This document shows, piece after piece, positions 24,707-37,400 of a stretch of DNA of 64,000 bases. Below the pieces are notes generated by a model. It saw only the letters and a list, made by a program, of their open reading frames with translations, was not told the origin of the DNA and made no database searches. The DNA lies in the NCBI GenBank assembly GCA_976226885.1, contig OZ320315.1, forward strand, positions 50,406,001-50,470,000, given 5' to 3'. The first letter of the stretch is position 1. Each line of letters opens with the position of its first letter. The position numbers and the translations under genes were made by a program. Source of the DNA: Iphione sp. A-MEVVRFRX5. Lineage: Eukaryota.

Positions 24707-26325
24707 TCATTCTGCCTCAGTCTCCATACTACATCTGACTGTCACTTTCGACCAATTTGACATCGAAAAAACTATAAAAGGAACGGCTGTATATAACATC
24801 TGGTCATAATCACCGAAAGGAGATGATGACATAGTATCGAGTTATGCACAGTGTGTGTAGATAAACGGTGTACAGGCAGAATATATTTACCAATCACTCG
24901 TCTCGGCATGGTGAATAACAGCATGGAATAGCCGGCTGAAGTGATAACAAGCGACTGATTAATCAGAATGACAGACCATTTCGTTGGAAAAATGAGCTCT
25001 TGTTGCGTACTACTCAATTTCCGACACGGACAAGTGATGTCATTCGGTGCTACAAACAACTTTGTGTTTGATGACCGATGATTGATGCACAGCGCACGAA
25101 ATCTTGGAAGCCTTGGGGAGCAGTCTTCTGTCCTCGTAGCCGCACCTTTTACTGTTGTGTGCTTGAATTGAACCCGAAAGCGCTGGGTGATTTCACAGGA
25201 ACTGTGCGTGACATCACATTTGGAGCCGAACACAGTTTTGAGGGATCCGGCGCACCACAAGCTGATCATATTTCAGTGATAGGAAAAGGTTGGGTCTTTC
25301 GATACGTCCGTAGAGAAATCCGAGGCCATTATCGACATGCCACTTCCAGTTACCCATCACAGGGTCAGGCACCTGAAGAATCTAATTGTAAGGCGACCTT
25401 TTGAAGGGAATGCACTGGGTAAGAGGGAATTATTACCTCTGGTAATGGAAACAATGCGCACTTCCAAGACAAATGATGTACCGATGGAGCTTGTTGAAAG
25501 CTGGGCCTTGTGCAGTTTGGTTTTTTAAAGTGTGGTAAATAATCAAAGGCGGAGTACCGAAGAGCAAGACTTCCCCGTAACCAGAGCGCCTCATCATTCC
25601 TTGCCTGAGTCTCAAGTAGCTTCTGAAATAATCAGAGGTTCAGAGTACATGGTACTGGTCCCATGGGGTGCATCTGTGAATGCTGGTCAAGTGCATCATT
25701 CCTCCGTACCAATCAGTGCAGGTTTCTTTAAGATGGCCATGAGAGGAAGCTTAACCCCATGTCAAATGAGGACACCCACTCACTGGAATCTCGGCTCTAT
25801 GTATTTCGAGGGCATCTCCAGATCGTAATGCGATTATAGCCTTTCACCAATGCAGAGCGTAATGAAAGATCCTCCCTTGATTGGTGCACTAGAAATTCCC
25901 CATAAAAATGCAGTTCAGGTTTTATGTCGAATAGCTTTTACATGTTTTAAGTAATCGCAATGACACACCATTGACATCTCTGTCAGCGATAGCACGAACC
26001 CTGATTTCCTACAGTCCGTATACCCAGACCGTCCTTTAAAAGGGAAACTTGTTTGTCTTAAGGTCAGTTTCCTTACCGGCATTGATGTCCAAGTGCGTTT
26101 GTATGCATTTTGTGTGTGTTTGTGGGCATTTTGTTTTTGATCAGTGATATCCAGTGTAGGATGTCAAATGTGTCCATGTGTGTTTGGATCTGGTTGGGTC
26201 TGTTTTGTGTCCGTTGCTCATTAATGGTCCCAGACTGATAATTTAACGCACATGGACACAAACTGGACAGTAGTATACAGAAGATAGTCTTTGAATCAGG
26301 TAAAAATCAGGTTGAGAAAACACGA

Positions 26326-26500
26326 TTACTGCACATTACTCCACATTACTCCACATTTATCCACACTTTCTCCCTGAAATTTGCCATTTTCTGCACTTTC
26401 TCCATGAAATAGCCATTTGGGGGCACTTTTTCCCTGAAATTCACTGTTTTTGACACTTTCTCCATGGAATCTACATTTTCTCCATGAATTTTGCCATTTT
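26326..26500. repeat. 10-bp tandem repeat grading into a 30-bp minisatellite
   Basis: (TTACTCCACA)x4, then cactttctccntgaaat... units starting at 26364, 26394, 26424, 26454. Confidence 0.85.
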
Positions 26501-26948
26501 TTAAACATCTATCAAAGACCTATCATAGATTTCACAGATCATAAGAACACTGCCAATAGACACCCCTATCTCTGAGGCTGCATGAAAGCAAAATGAATAT
26601 AAAACACGTTAACACACACAGATGGCAAACTCAGGTGAACGCACCTGAACACAGGTATGGAACCCGGCCCTTACTGTATGTGACAGATCATAGTGTACCT
26701 CTTGCGAGAATCTTGCCTCCTACAGTGATCGACAATCGAGCCTATCCCGTAGAAGAAAAAACACTACCTCGAAAAACGTAATGCAGGGAACAGTATGTCC
26801 AATTCCAGGAAACTGCTAGGTGATGCTCATATTAAGTACAAATGCACCCAACTGTTATGTAGCTGATGCACCTCTTATTTCGTGTAAGACTCTGGTTTCC
26901 AAAGGGAACGTAGTACGCATGATGTACACCTGTGTGCAGCAATATCCT

Positions 26949-27945
26949 AAAGTCAAAGTCAAAGTATTTTTATTCACAAGCTCATTAGACCTTGGTCCGA
27001 GGCCTTACAGTGAATACATGTATATGAAAAAATTATATGAAACAAAAGAAGAAATGAAAGCTAATAAATTATGTTAATAAACTACTATTCATAAAACCTT
27101 TGGATCTTTCGCCGGAATATCCTCAATGAAGGCGTCTCTTCCAATATACGTGGTAAATTATTCCATGCTTTCATGCCTTCCTAAATGAAGCTATTTTTCA
27201 TAAAAGTTTTCCTTGGCTTTAACATTCTTAAACATCCAGGATTGCTTGTCCTCCTTGTTCTCTTGAGCTCCACTTCCTCTCCCTTTACCAGCTTGTATAT
27301 CAAGCAAATAGTCTTAATATTCGATATTTTATCGAGGGATGGTATGTTCAATCATTGACGTAATGACAAGGCTGATATAGAGGAACTCCCTGAGGTCCCA
27401 ATCAGGACCCTTTTCAAAACATTATTTAGGTCAATTTGAAGTTCTAAATATAACTTTTTTAGGCACCTCTTACAAAAACTAAGCCATAATAAAAGACAGG
27501 ATAAATAAATTATTTAAATAACTGAATTCGATGTGGCAACTGCCATGCAATTTGAGCAAGATTGTAGCTTTTTATCCATGCCCTTTTCCTCATCTGTTGA
27601 ATCTGGTGGTTCCAACTTAAATTGCTGTCTATCAAGTAGCCTAGGAAAGATGCACAACTGACCTGTCTAATCCTGGGATTGGCTAGGTTTAAATCAAGAT
27701 ATAAAGACGCCGATTTCCCAAATGCCAAGCATTCGCTCTTTTTTTGTATTTATAGATAATCCATTTTCCTTACTCCAATTCCAGATATCTGTTAGGCACC
27801 TATTTAACTTTAATCTCAAGGCCATTATATTACTTGCGGCAGTGAAGATGGTTATGTTGTCATGCAGCATACATTAAACATTTAGTTGCTACTAAGCTGT
27901 CCGGAATATCATTAACCATTACTGAAAACAATAGGGGTCAAGATC
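26949..27945 (-). mobile_element. 5'-truncated decayed CR1/L2-clade LINE (RT C-terminal half and 3' UTR)
   Basis: Frameshifted PLLFSVMVNDIP..CLMYA(D)D..WNWSKENGLSINTKK..FLGYLIDSNLSWNHQI..KNSFI..WNNLP..SLRIFRRKI, then AATAAAAA and a (CTTTGA)n tail at 26949-26972. Confidence 0.9.
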
Positions 27946-28249
27946 TTATTTTACTGGTTTGTTCATATAACCTACTAATTATCATGAAATTTTGGCACAT
28001 GGGTATTATTCTATCAAAATTGTAACCATTATATCACTATTGATCAATAAACTTAACAAAAGTGTTTAGATATAGCTGTGTGGTACCTGTCAGGCAATGA
28101 ATAGAAAATAATTTTGCCCGATGACCAAAAAATGAATTTCTGTTTCTTTGAAAATTCAAAATAACATAGATAGCAGTATAGTGAGAAGTATTACAATGAT
28201 GATGGCAAAATATAATAAAAAGATATCTTTTCTGTCACCAGGTTCATTC

Positions 28250-29593
28250 TCAGAGGACATCTTGGATGATTAGATAATAAAAAGCATGGATGACTTATGT
28301 GCAACGGGTAAAATAGGAAAAATCGGGCTTTAAGAGTATATCTATGAAACTGCAACTTTAGGCTTTTAATCTTCCTACAGAAAGCCATCCAAGTAAGAGA
28401 TATTCAGTATACTTATTGCACATAGATGAAGTCAAATTTTTAAATGCATATTCTCCTTGTATAGTTGCTGTTGGGTACATTGTACTGCATTTGTGTTGTT
28501 ATATTTACATACCTGGGTTTTAAAATGGGTCTTCATGGTATGATTATGCCTCTTCCTGACTATGACAATTTAATGCGTAGTATTTAGGCTTTTTATGATA
28601 ACGTACTTTAGTCCTTAAGCGTATCTTTACAAACAGACATTATACTATTTGCAGCGTTGTCTTTGTTATAAAAGATGAGATGCCTGACAAAATGTCAATA
28701 TTGGATAAATACCAAAAACACTTAACACAGATAAACAGATCTAAGAACTAGGCATCAGAAAGTCACGTTATAGATTGAATTCATATAATTTATTTGCATG
28801 TACATGTAGTTTCCTCACCTCGGTATGTCTAAGAACCTATCCCATGACATCACTTCAGAGAACGTCGGGGCCCGCAGGTATTTCAGCTTTGACCAATATT
28901 CTGCTGTGGTAGGCTTACGAATTAGGCCAATTATCAGGGAAATTCCGAGAAATTGTTTCACTTCTTCAACTGTGACGCTGCACCATGGTATTTGTGTCCT
29001 GTCTTTTCCAGACTGCGTATTCTTTTTGTTATCACCTGCACACTCATTGGTTCGTCTTGCAATACGCTGTTGGAATGCACCAGTAAAAAATTGATAGAAA
29101 TGTCGATCTATGTACATGTACTACATTTCGTTAACCCAGCCTGCTCTGACACACTACTCTTTGTTTCATCAAATTTCATTGGGGTGACAGGGTCTCCTAG
29201 CTCACAGTCTTCTGTATACGAGCTGTTAAACTTAATTCTGTCTCTTTTTCCCTTGATATACCAGTAATATTGGAATATCACCGTCCTCACTATCAGTTTG
29301 ACTGCCCTCATTGGCTGATTCATGATCACTTCTTTCATCCCCATCCTGACCATCTGCAAGATCGTTGATATCATCTGATAGGTTGTCAAAAATGAGTCAT
29401 CATCTTTATCAAATCCATCAGATGATGAATTATTATCAGTCAATATGTCTCGAGACACATTGCTTGCATTGGAGACTGGGCGTGTCCAGGTTAATTCATC
29501 GGCACAAAAGGTGCGCCGTGCTCTGACATCCAACAGCAGACAAGTGAATGCACCGTGCCGTGTTTCGGAGGCTACATTATCGGGGCGAATGGG
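28250..29593 (-). mobile_element. Decayed piggyBac transposase (PGBD4-like), 5' half of element
   Basis: Acidic N-terminus (RARRTF.ADE..SSSDGFDKDDD), then FYQFFT..IARRTNECA..W.SVTVEEVKQFLGISLIIGLIRKP...EYWS....PTFSEVMSWDRFLDIPR. Stops and frameshifts present. Possible TIR start CCCATTCGCCCCG at 29593. Confidence 0.85.
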
Positions 29594-32500
29594 CCTTTTT
29601 AAAAACTAAACCCGTATAGATTTGAAACAGATAGATAACAATTGTATTTACCAAATAGAAAATACGTGTTATCCCTTGGGAAAGTGGCCTCGTTCTCCCA
29701 AATATGGAATACATGTATACGTGTTGCTTTTATTGAAAATGATACAAATACGTCTTGATTACAGCATGCAGCCATTAGGATACATTCGGTCCTGGTACCG
29801 CGTATCTTATAGGACACCGTACATGCCGGAATATGCAGTCTATGAAATGGTATCTAAACATTAGAAGAGCAGAATAATTTGGGGCCAATCGATTATTAAT
29901 GGTTTAGTGTACATGTACATGTATATCAATGTTTTCGTCTTCTCATTGTAAGGGACCACTATGCTCTGTTCTAACAGAGGAGTGAAAGGATGCTTGGTCC
30001 ATACGCAAAGGGATTTAGTTACAGTTCTGAAATAGTTTTGAGGCATTTTGCTGCGAATAATATCTTAAAACATCGAAAAAGGCAAATCGCTTCACTATTA
30101 AAAGGAAACATTTTGGAAATTACCAAAAGTGACACGACAGGCTTTGAGCCGATAAGAATCAAGAGGGTTTGCTTTTTTGATATTTTGGAAAGCTATTCTT
30201 ATATGTTGGAAGGAATGTTTTTATATTAGGATCAGCAAGAGTGAAATGTTGCATAGTGTAAGTAGAGGGGAAGGCCGCCGTTAACGTTACTATAGTGAGA
30301 CTATCAGCTACTACCATGTCTCGGTATGGGCACTACTTTATACCTGTTCTAGGACCCATTTAACGCAGGCTGTTTTCCGTAAGTTTCAGTTGGTGCCTCC
30401 ACTTAATTCAAAAGGAACGTTTGTATAATTGATAGATAAACAGTGCTCTTGTGATTCATCGTTCGGATGTGTTTGCCGATATAGGGGGTCCATACTAGAA
30501 ACGCTATATGCCATTTTCGTATTCAGTGACCCACAAAAATAGCCCCTTTTTATGCGCCCATCATAAGGACATACTCTAGCACCATCTTCAGTAGCAACTT
30601 CTTGTATGAGTTAAAGGTTTATGGGGTAGCTTTTAGCACTGTTCATGTTTTTAAGTGCTTGTCAATATACATATGAATAAATTACATCACATCCTGTTTG
30701 TTCAAAGGGAAGAAAATAACATACCTCAGGTGGGGGTGTACTGCCACTCGCTGGGGATTTAAAACATCTCTTTTGGAAAGCTACATTTTTCATGGTGTTT
30801 CATTCCATTTGCAGTTATTAAATACAACTTTCATATCTGCATGGTTTAGCGGATGTATAGACCTTCGGTATTGTGTTTCCAGTCATCGCAAGCCAGGTCT
30901 CTTTGGGAGTGTGAGCGGGTGTTGTTGTGGCTGATCAGTGTATGCCACCAATTACTTGTACCTGTTAGAAACCGCAGTTCTTTACATGTTTTGCTTCCTG
31001 TGCCATATGTGGAGAGGCGTGGTGGGTGGGGCTCAGATTGAAGGTAAGGTGAGACAAATAAGGAGGGGAGGAGAGGCACAATGGAATCACCTTTAAGAGC
31101 ATGCCCACTCGGGGGAGAAGAAGAAATGACATGTTATATGAAAATACTTATCTGAAGAGGCGTATAATTTCTTCATCATCCAAATATCACCATTAATTTG
31201 TTCTGAACTCTTCCTAGAAAGCTGAAATAGTGATAATTGAAGAACATACTATGGCATCTTAATCCATGACCTGTCATACACAGCCGAGCGACAGGTATCG
31301 GAACTGAAGTACAAGTACGTGTATTTTTCTACACGATGTGCTTTAAATGCATTGGTTCGGATGAGAGTAGATCTGTGTTTCTGAACACGCTATATATCCA
31401 AAGCATGAGGTATAGAATGTACTGTGCGTTGTAAAATAAACGGGATTGAACAAGAATTAACCCGGATATGAGTCGCAGTAAGAAAGCATTGGTGAGGTGG
31501 TAGAGGTAGAGCTTGGGCAAATTTGTTTGTACGCTGGCGTCTTAATTAGTTACCTCGAACTGCAGCCATTTTGGATATACTAAACACCCAACAAAGAGTA
31601 TCTATAGCTGCACAAGGAATATGCCATCAGCTAACGTTTATCTATAGGCCATAAATCCCTCGATATTAAATAGCATGCAGTAGTCTAGCACGATACACAT
31701 GTATACTTTGCCTTGCGTAGATCTAATTACATTTTATTTGATTATGTAAGTGTTTACCGTTAGATTGAAGCACCTCTGCCACCGAATTACTTTCAGTCCG
31801 CATGGATAGCCGCTCCCCTCCTACTTCCTGATTAGCAGAGTCTCGTGACATAATCCCCGATAGTCGAACTAATGAGTTTGAGGATACCAAGCTTGTCTAG
31901 GCCTAAGTTAGGCAGAATTGCCAAATATAAGCAGAAACCCGGTCTCTGATCCATAGCTGATGTAAATGTACAGAAGAAGTGAAGTCAGTGTTCTGAGACA
32001 GCCACAGTTAATACAAAGTAGAAAGTTTGGGCTGAGGCATCTCAAACGACATATTACTATTCATTTCATGATGCACTTGGCCTTTCTTCACATCGTCCGG
32101 TGCCATGACCCCTTTCCTGAACCCCACCGCCTTCTCTCTTGGCGCGTCTAGCATCTCGTGAGTGCGCAGAACACAGCCATAGCGAACTAGGTAATAGGGG
32201 CTGAAGGTAGGAGTCGGCCAAGCACTAAATGCACACGTTAGCTCTCCTTGCTGGATTAGAGAGATCAAAGGGATAGCTGCCTGGGGCGCCTGCGTCTTGT
32301 AAGAAACACGGGGCTGAGTAGAACCCATCAGGCAGGGGTGAACAGATCGCTCGTCCGGTCCAATAGCTCAAGGTGCAGGCCCGGGGAATGAGAGTAGTCT
32401 GGTGTAGAGTTCTCGAGAGTGACAAGAGTCTTTTTACCGTTAGTATGCGAAGAAAGTCGCGTGCCTTAGAAATTGGCATAGAGAGAAGTGGAGGGGGCGA

Positions 32501-34395
32501 TCCGCCACTGAAAGCATTGCCATGTCGCCATATCTTGAGAGGCGCGTTTAGAAAAGGGTGCCACGTCCTTTTGAACATAATCGCCTTTTATACAACTTCC
32601 GAAATCCGCCTGGTGGCAAGCTATGTATGGCACTGGGCCTGAGGTATTGAGCGCTTTAATGGAATTGTGTAATTTAAAAAGAAACGTTGAAAGTGGACAA
32701 TTCGACGGCAGGAAACCAGCACGAACAAACATCTAGGGACAGAGTTACTTTTGTCGTATTCAATATTGGTGTAACTCAGGAGTCCAGCTACTTCTGGCCC
32801 CAAATAAATTAGACACGTCGACAGTCTACTAGACATTGCATCGAGTATTTTTATTCCGAACTCTGCAACGGTAGAGGATAAAATGTTTGTTGAGTGTGGT
32901 TGATTAATATTTAAATGTTCAAGTAATTCTTCTACTGCTTTTATCGGAAAATGCTTTCGTTATTAATTCCCTCGGTGAATAGTTCTGATAAAAATGCATC
33001 GATTACCCTCAATATGTACGCAACGAAACGATCTGCAGAGGCACTCGCCATATCAAATTCATTTAGGCAAATATTATAGGTTGTCATGGCAATACTGACC
33101 TGCAGGTTGGACACGTTAATATATATTCCAAGGGGAAATTTAGGTTCTTTTGTCGTGACCTGGTTTCCAGAGCTGATGAATATTCACCGGAAGTAAAGAT
33201 TACCATACGGTTTGTTTCATTATGGAACTGACTTTATGATGAACGTTAAGTAATTGGAAATCGGAATCGCTCCCGAGAGGTTTAGTAACAGGGAAAGGAA
33301 GGAAGGCAGAAAGAAAGACAGATATGGGAGGATTACTTCGGGAAAGCAAGAGTGCCATTAATTTTTCCGTTACAAAAGTATAGGAGAAGGAAAGTATCGG
33401 AGCAACAGGCAAGCACATGAAGAGAATGTGTTCAGAACTGATGAAATCATTAACAGCAATATATTGTTATCTCCACGATGCCTTCACGAAGAATATGACC
33501 CAGTGTCAACGGCAATCTGCACAGCATTTAGGTCCAGTTTCCATGTGTATGTGGCCATCTGTGACTGTCCAGATGTGGAGCCTTGCATGAACAAAAGTTC
33601 CTGCAAAGCTCTGCAGCATCATGCACAGGGTTGTCCTTCACTATTCATGAAAGACAGTGAAGGACAGTGCTTAAATGACAAGAAAAAGAGAAAAACAGGC
33701 CAAAAAACTAGAATATCACATTATTCATGGATACTCGGCCAAAGCAGCTTTTTTTAAATGGAAACTTGCACGAAAAATGTTTTTTTAATGGAAACTCAGC
33801 TGAAAAAATGGCAAAAATCATCAGAAAAAATGCCAGATGATCATGTGTATGATATGTAAATGTGCATACCTCAAGCTAGAAAGTGAGTAAAAATGAAGAA
33901 ATATGAAGAAATTACCATGTGTAGCCGTACATGTGTACGTGCGTCCAGAAAATTATTGGGCATGCACCGAAAACTGTCCACAGACACTGTACACACAGTG
34001 ATGCACATGGACAGTCATGCACTTATGGAAATTTATACATTCAAGACCATGTGATGAATAAATATGCACGTCTATACACAGCAATGTACACAGATAGTCA
34101 CACACACATGGAAACTGGGCCTTAGCACTATAATACTATAGCACTTAGGCATATCTATACTACTACCCAACAGCAACTGAGTAGTAATAGAAAAAGAAAA
34201 AAAAAGGCTCAGAATAGAAAGATACTAGAGGAGAGAAATAAAAGTGCATGGTTGAGGAAGGGAGAGTTCAATACAGACAGATGAAGGGAAGGATAATCCC
34301 AAAGACAAAAAAATGTACATATGTACATGTAAACTACCATTTATCTTGACTTCCTCCGTCTCTCTGTTTTTCTGTCTCACTCCGTGTCCCCCTTA

Positions 34396-34459
34396 GGGGG
34401 GTTTTACATGTATTCTATATGTTTTTGTGGTGTGTTGTGTGTTGTGTGTAAAGCCCCCC
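34396..34459. mobile_element. Tiny PIF/Harbinger-like element (64 bp)
   Basis: TIR GGGGGGTTTTACA / TGTAAAGCCCCCC (12/13); flanks TTA and ATA (imperfect 3-bp TSD). Confidence 0.4.
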
Positions 34460-37400
34460 ATAGAGGAGCATGATGATATAATACCAAATGGTCACCATAT
34501 GTTTTCCACAATGATTTTCTATTGCTTCATGGACTGAGATATGTTATAACCAGTCCTAGATTGACGGGGGAAACTAATTGGATGTGTTAGCATTGTGACT
34601 GGGCACGTAAACAAACTAATAGATATGCTATGTATTGAGTATTACACAATCACGCAAACTCATCCTTTTGCACTGCAAACAGACACATGTGAACCCCACC
34701 CCCCTCCACCACCACAGGGTCTTACACATGAAACATATAGGTAATACAGATGAAGGAAAACCGGAAATAAAATCACGCATCATATTTTGTTTTCGTTTGC
34801 AATATATCAATGTTTAGTAGAAGAAAAACCAATGAACTTCACAGGTTCTTACAACTCTTAATCAAAAGCAAACAAATATTTCATTGATTTCCTAGTTGTC
34901 TTTGACCCTTATTATGGGTCTGCAGTTCCTAGCCGCTCTAGGGATCGATGTCTAATGCTATGCCAATATGGAAGCCGATAGTCTTTGAAACACGCATCCA
35001 TAGCTGATGAGGCGCTCCTTCCAGCACGGTAAGCTATCGTCTAGGCGGTCCTTGAGAAGTTCAGCGTCTAGACATCGACGCTACAATTATAAAGGCCATG
35101 CCGTTGATTAGGCCAATTAGGGCCTAACGAGCCGGTCTCCGCTGTTAACAGCTCAGCGCGCCGACGACGCTCGATCTTTGGTGAAGAGGCGCTTGTACAA
35201 TGGCCACGCACCTACAAGGTGCACACCAGCACGGCGCCTTGGCGGTGGCTGTGGTGGGAAGGTGTGACGGCGTCAGAAATCCCAGAGTAAAAAGGGATGC
35301 GCTGAGAGAAAAAAAGGACTCCTATAGGTCGAAATGAAGACCGATTCTAGCATACCGACGACTGATGAAGCCTGCTTTTTGCACTGTGCGTGAGATTGAA
35401 TGGTGGCTGTAAGATTCTGTAATTCCTTCTCCTAGAAATACCTATTAATCACAGCATATTGGAATGAAGGAGGCTGTGAAGGAGTATATTCTTTCTACCG
35501 CAAATACACATAGAGACTGCAAACTTCAGATATCTGTGAGTGGGTGCATTTTTATCACTTTATTATGCACACTCCTTGCCCTCGGGCCATTGGCCCCTTG
35601 AACACAATACGCCCGAGACCAGTAATGCAGAAGCCAGACACCTCTGGAGTATAGCACATGCCTGCCTTGGATCATCTGAGGGCCTAATCAATGGTGGGCC
35701 ACACCTTGCGGTCTCCAGATCAATAAGGTTCGGCGGTTCAGGGCTGCATGGGTGATGTTCTTTACTCCCTGTGCTGTGAAGGGAAACCGAAGCGACCCAG
35801 GCAGGTGGGAGCCTCCCAGGCATTTTGCCCATAGCCTTGTGATAAATGCGATTAAAATTGTTCATAGCTCTATCTACCTCAATATACACTTAGGTCCAGT
35901 TCATTTGACATCTGTTCGTCTCTAACTCTGTCTCTTTGACAGTATACCATTTACGTCCTTAATTCCTTTCCTTCGCTCCCGCTCTCGTTCTCTGCATTTT
36001 CATCAAAAGTCTCTCACGTTTTCACCATTCATCTATAATAAATGAACTCTTCCAAAGGCAATAAGACGCCTTTAACGTTCCAGTGGGGAGCCATTAAAAG
36101 TATCTAGGTACTGCATTCTGGCCTTTTACATTTAGCTCTGAAAGCAACTAACGACAGGAAACGTGAATTTACACGCCTCCCCTGCACCCGTGTTTAGCCG
36201 CTTTCTTTCGCAAGCCTTTCCATATGTTATGGAATAAAGAAGCTCAACCGGGATCATTGCGACGCCCGAGAAAATATAGCCCCAAGCACGACACGAGCAA
36301 GTCTCTGATGGCCTGGCAAAGCCAATCATTAGCCGCATGACATATGTGAACCGACGGCCAGCCGCTTGGCGTAGTGGTGGTGGTGGGGGGGGGGGGGGAA
36401 GCAGGAAAAAGACAGTGGTCATGTTGGAGAAGGGGGCTGCTGGCGGTGTTGAAGCTTGTGGGAAGGTGGTTCAGGTGTAGCAGCCGGAGTACTGGAGGGG
36501 CTTCGGCCAGACTCAGTCCATTAAGGCATTATCAAATTACTGACCGTGACTCTAACGAAGGCCTGGCCATCGTGCGCCGAGGATGATCGCTTTACGACAA
36601 GACTCACCCAACCCTCCTTCCCTGCTTCTCTCGTCCGTCGCCTCCCCAATTTGGATTCCATTGAAATGCAAAAGTAACCCTCCCCTATTGTTTGCTCCTG
36701 GCGACCGCAGGAAGGACCCAAGCAGTGGAGGGACCCTGGAGGTGGCTCGTTTGCCAGTGAAAAACTACAGTGACCTAATTAAGGAGCTGAACGTGGCTGT
36801 CCACCGTTTGGCCTCATTACCTCAACATCCCATTGAAGGATTAAACTAACACGAAAAACTTGCTCCAGGCCTTTGGTCCTTTTATATGGACGCCAATAGA
36901 ACTGTGGCTTTGCATATTGAATTGAATACATAAACACGTACATATGTACATAAGTTATTTATGTATCTATTAACAAGGACCATCGACCGATGCTATAAGA
37001 CAACATACATGATCGTACAAAGCAAATTTAAGGTGTATCAGAGCGCCAGAAGGACAGACATCTCAACACCCTATTTAACCTTATAAGGAAAACCTGCTTC
37101 ATGCCTTTGTTTATCATGTATGGATTTCAAAGGAACCATAACATCGATATTGCACACACAAGTGAACACAAAAATAGGTTTATATTGAATATCGTAGTTT
37201 AGTGATATGATTATGACGATATGCAAGATTACAGCTGCAAGTATTATAGAATTATTGTAAACGGGTTCCGCGAACCATTGAATATTCATATACAAATCAA
37301 CCGTACATTTTTCCCTGCCAAGCCCAATATGTATTTATAGTTATTGCTGTAAGTAAAAGCAGATCCATCGACGAAACTGAAGGCCCAGCTCCCATCACGC

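Noticed and set aside
25270-25530. Gypsy RT-like phrase EKSEAIIDMPLP
   Set aside because: Neighbouring residues do not follow RT/RNase H motifs.
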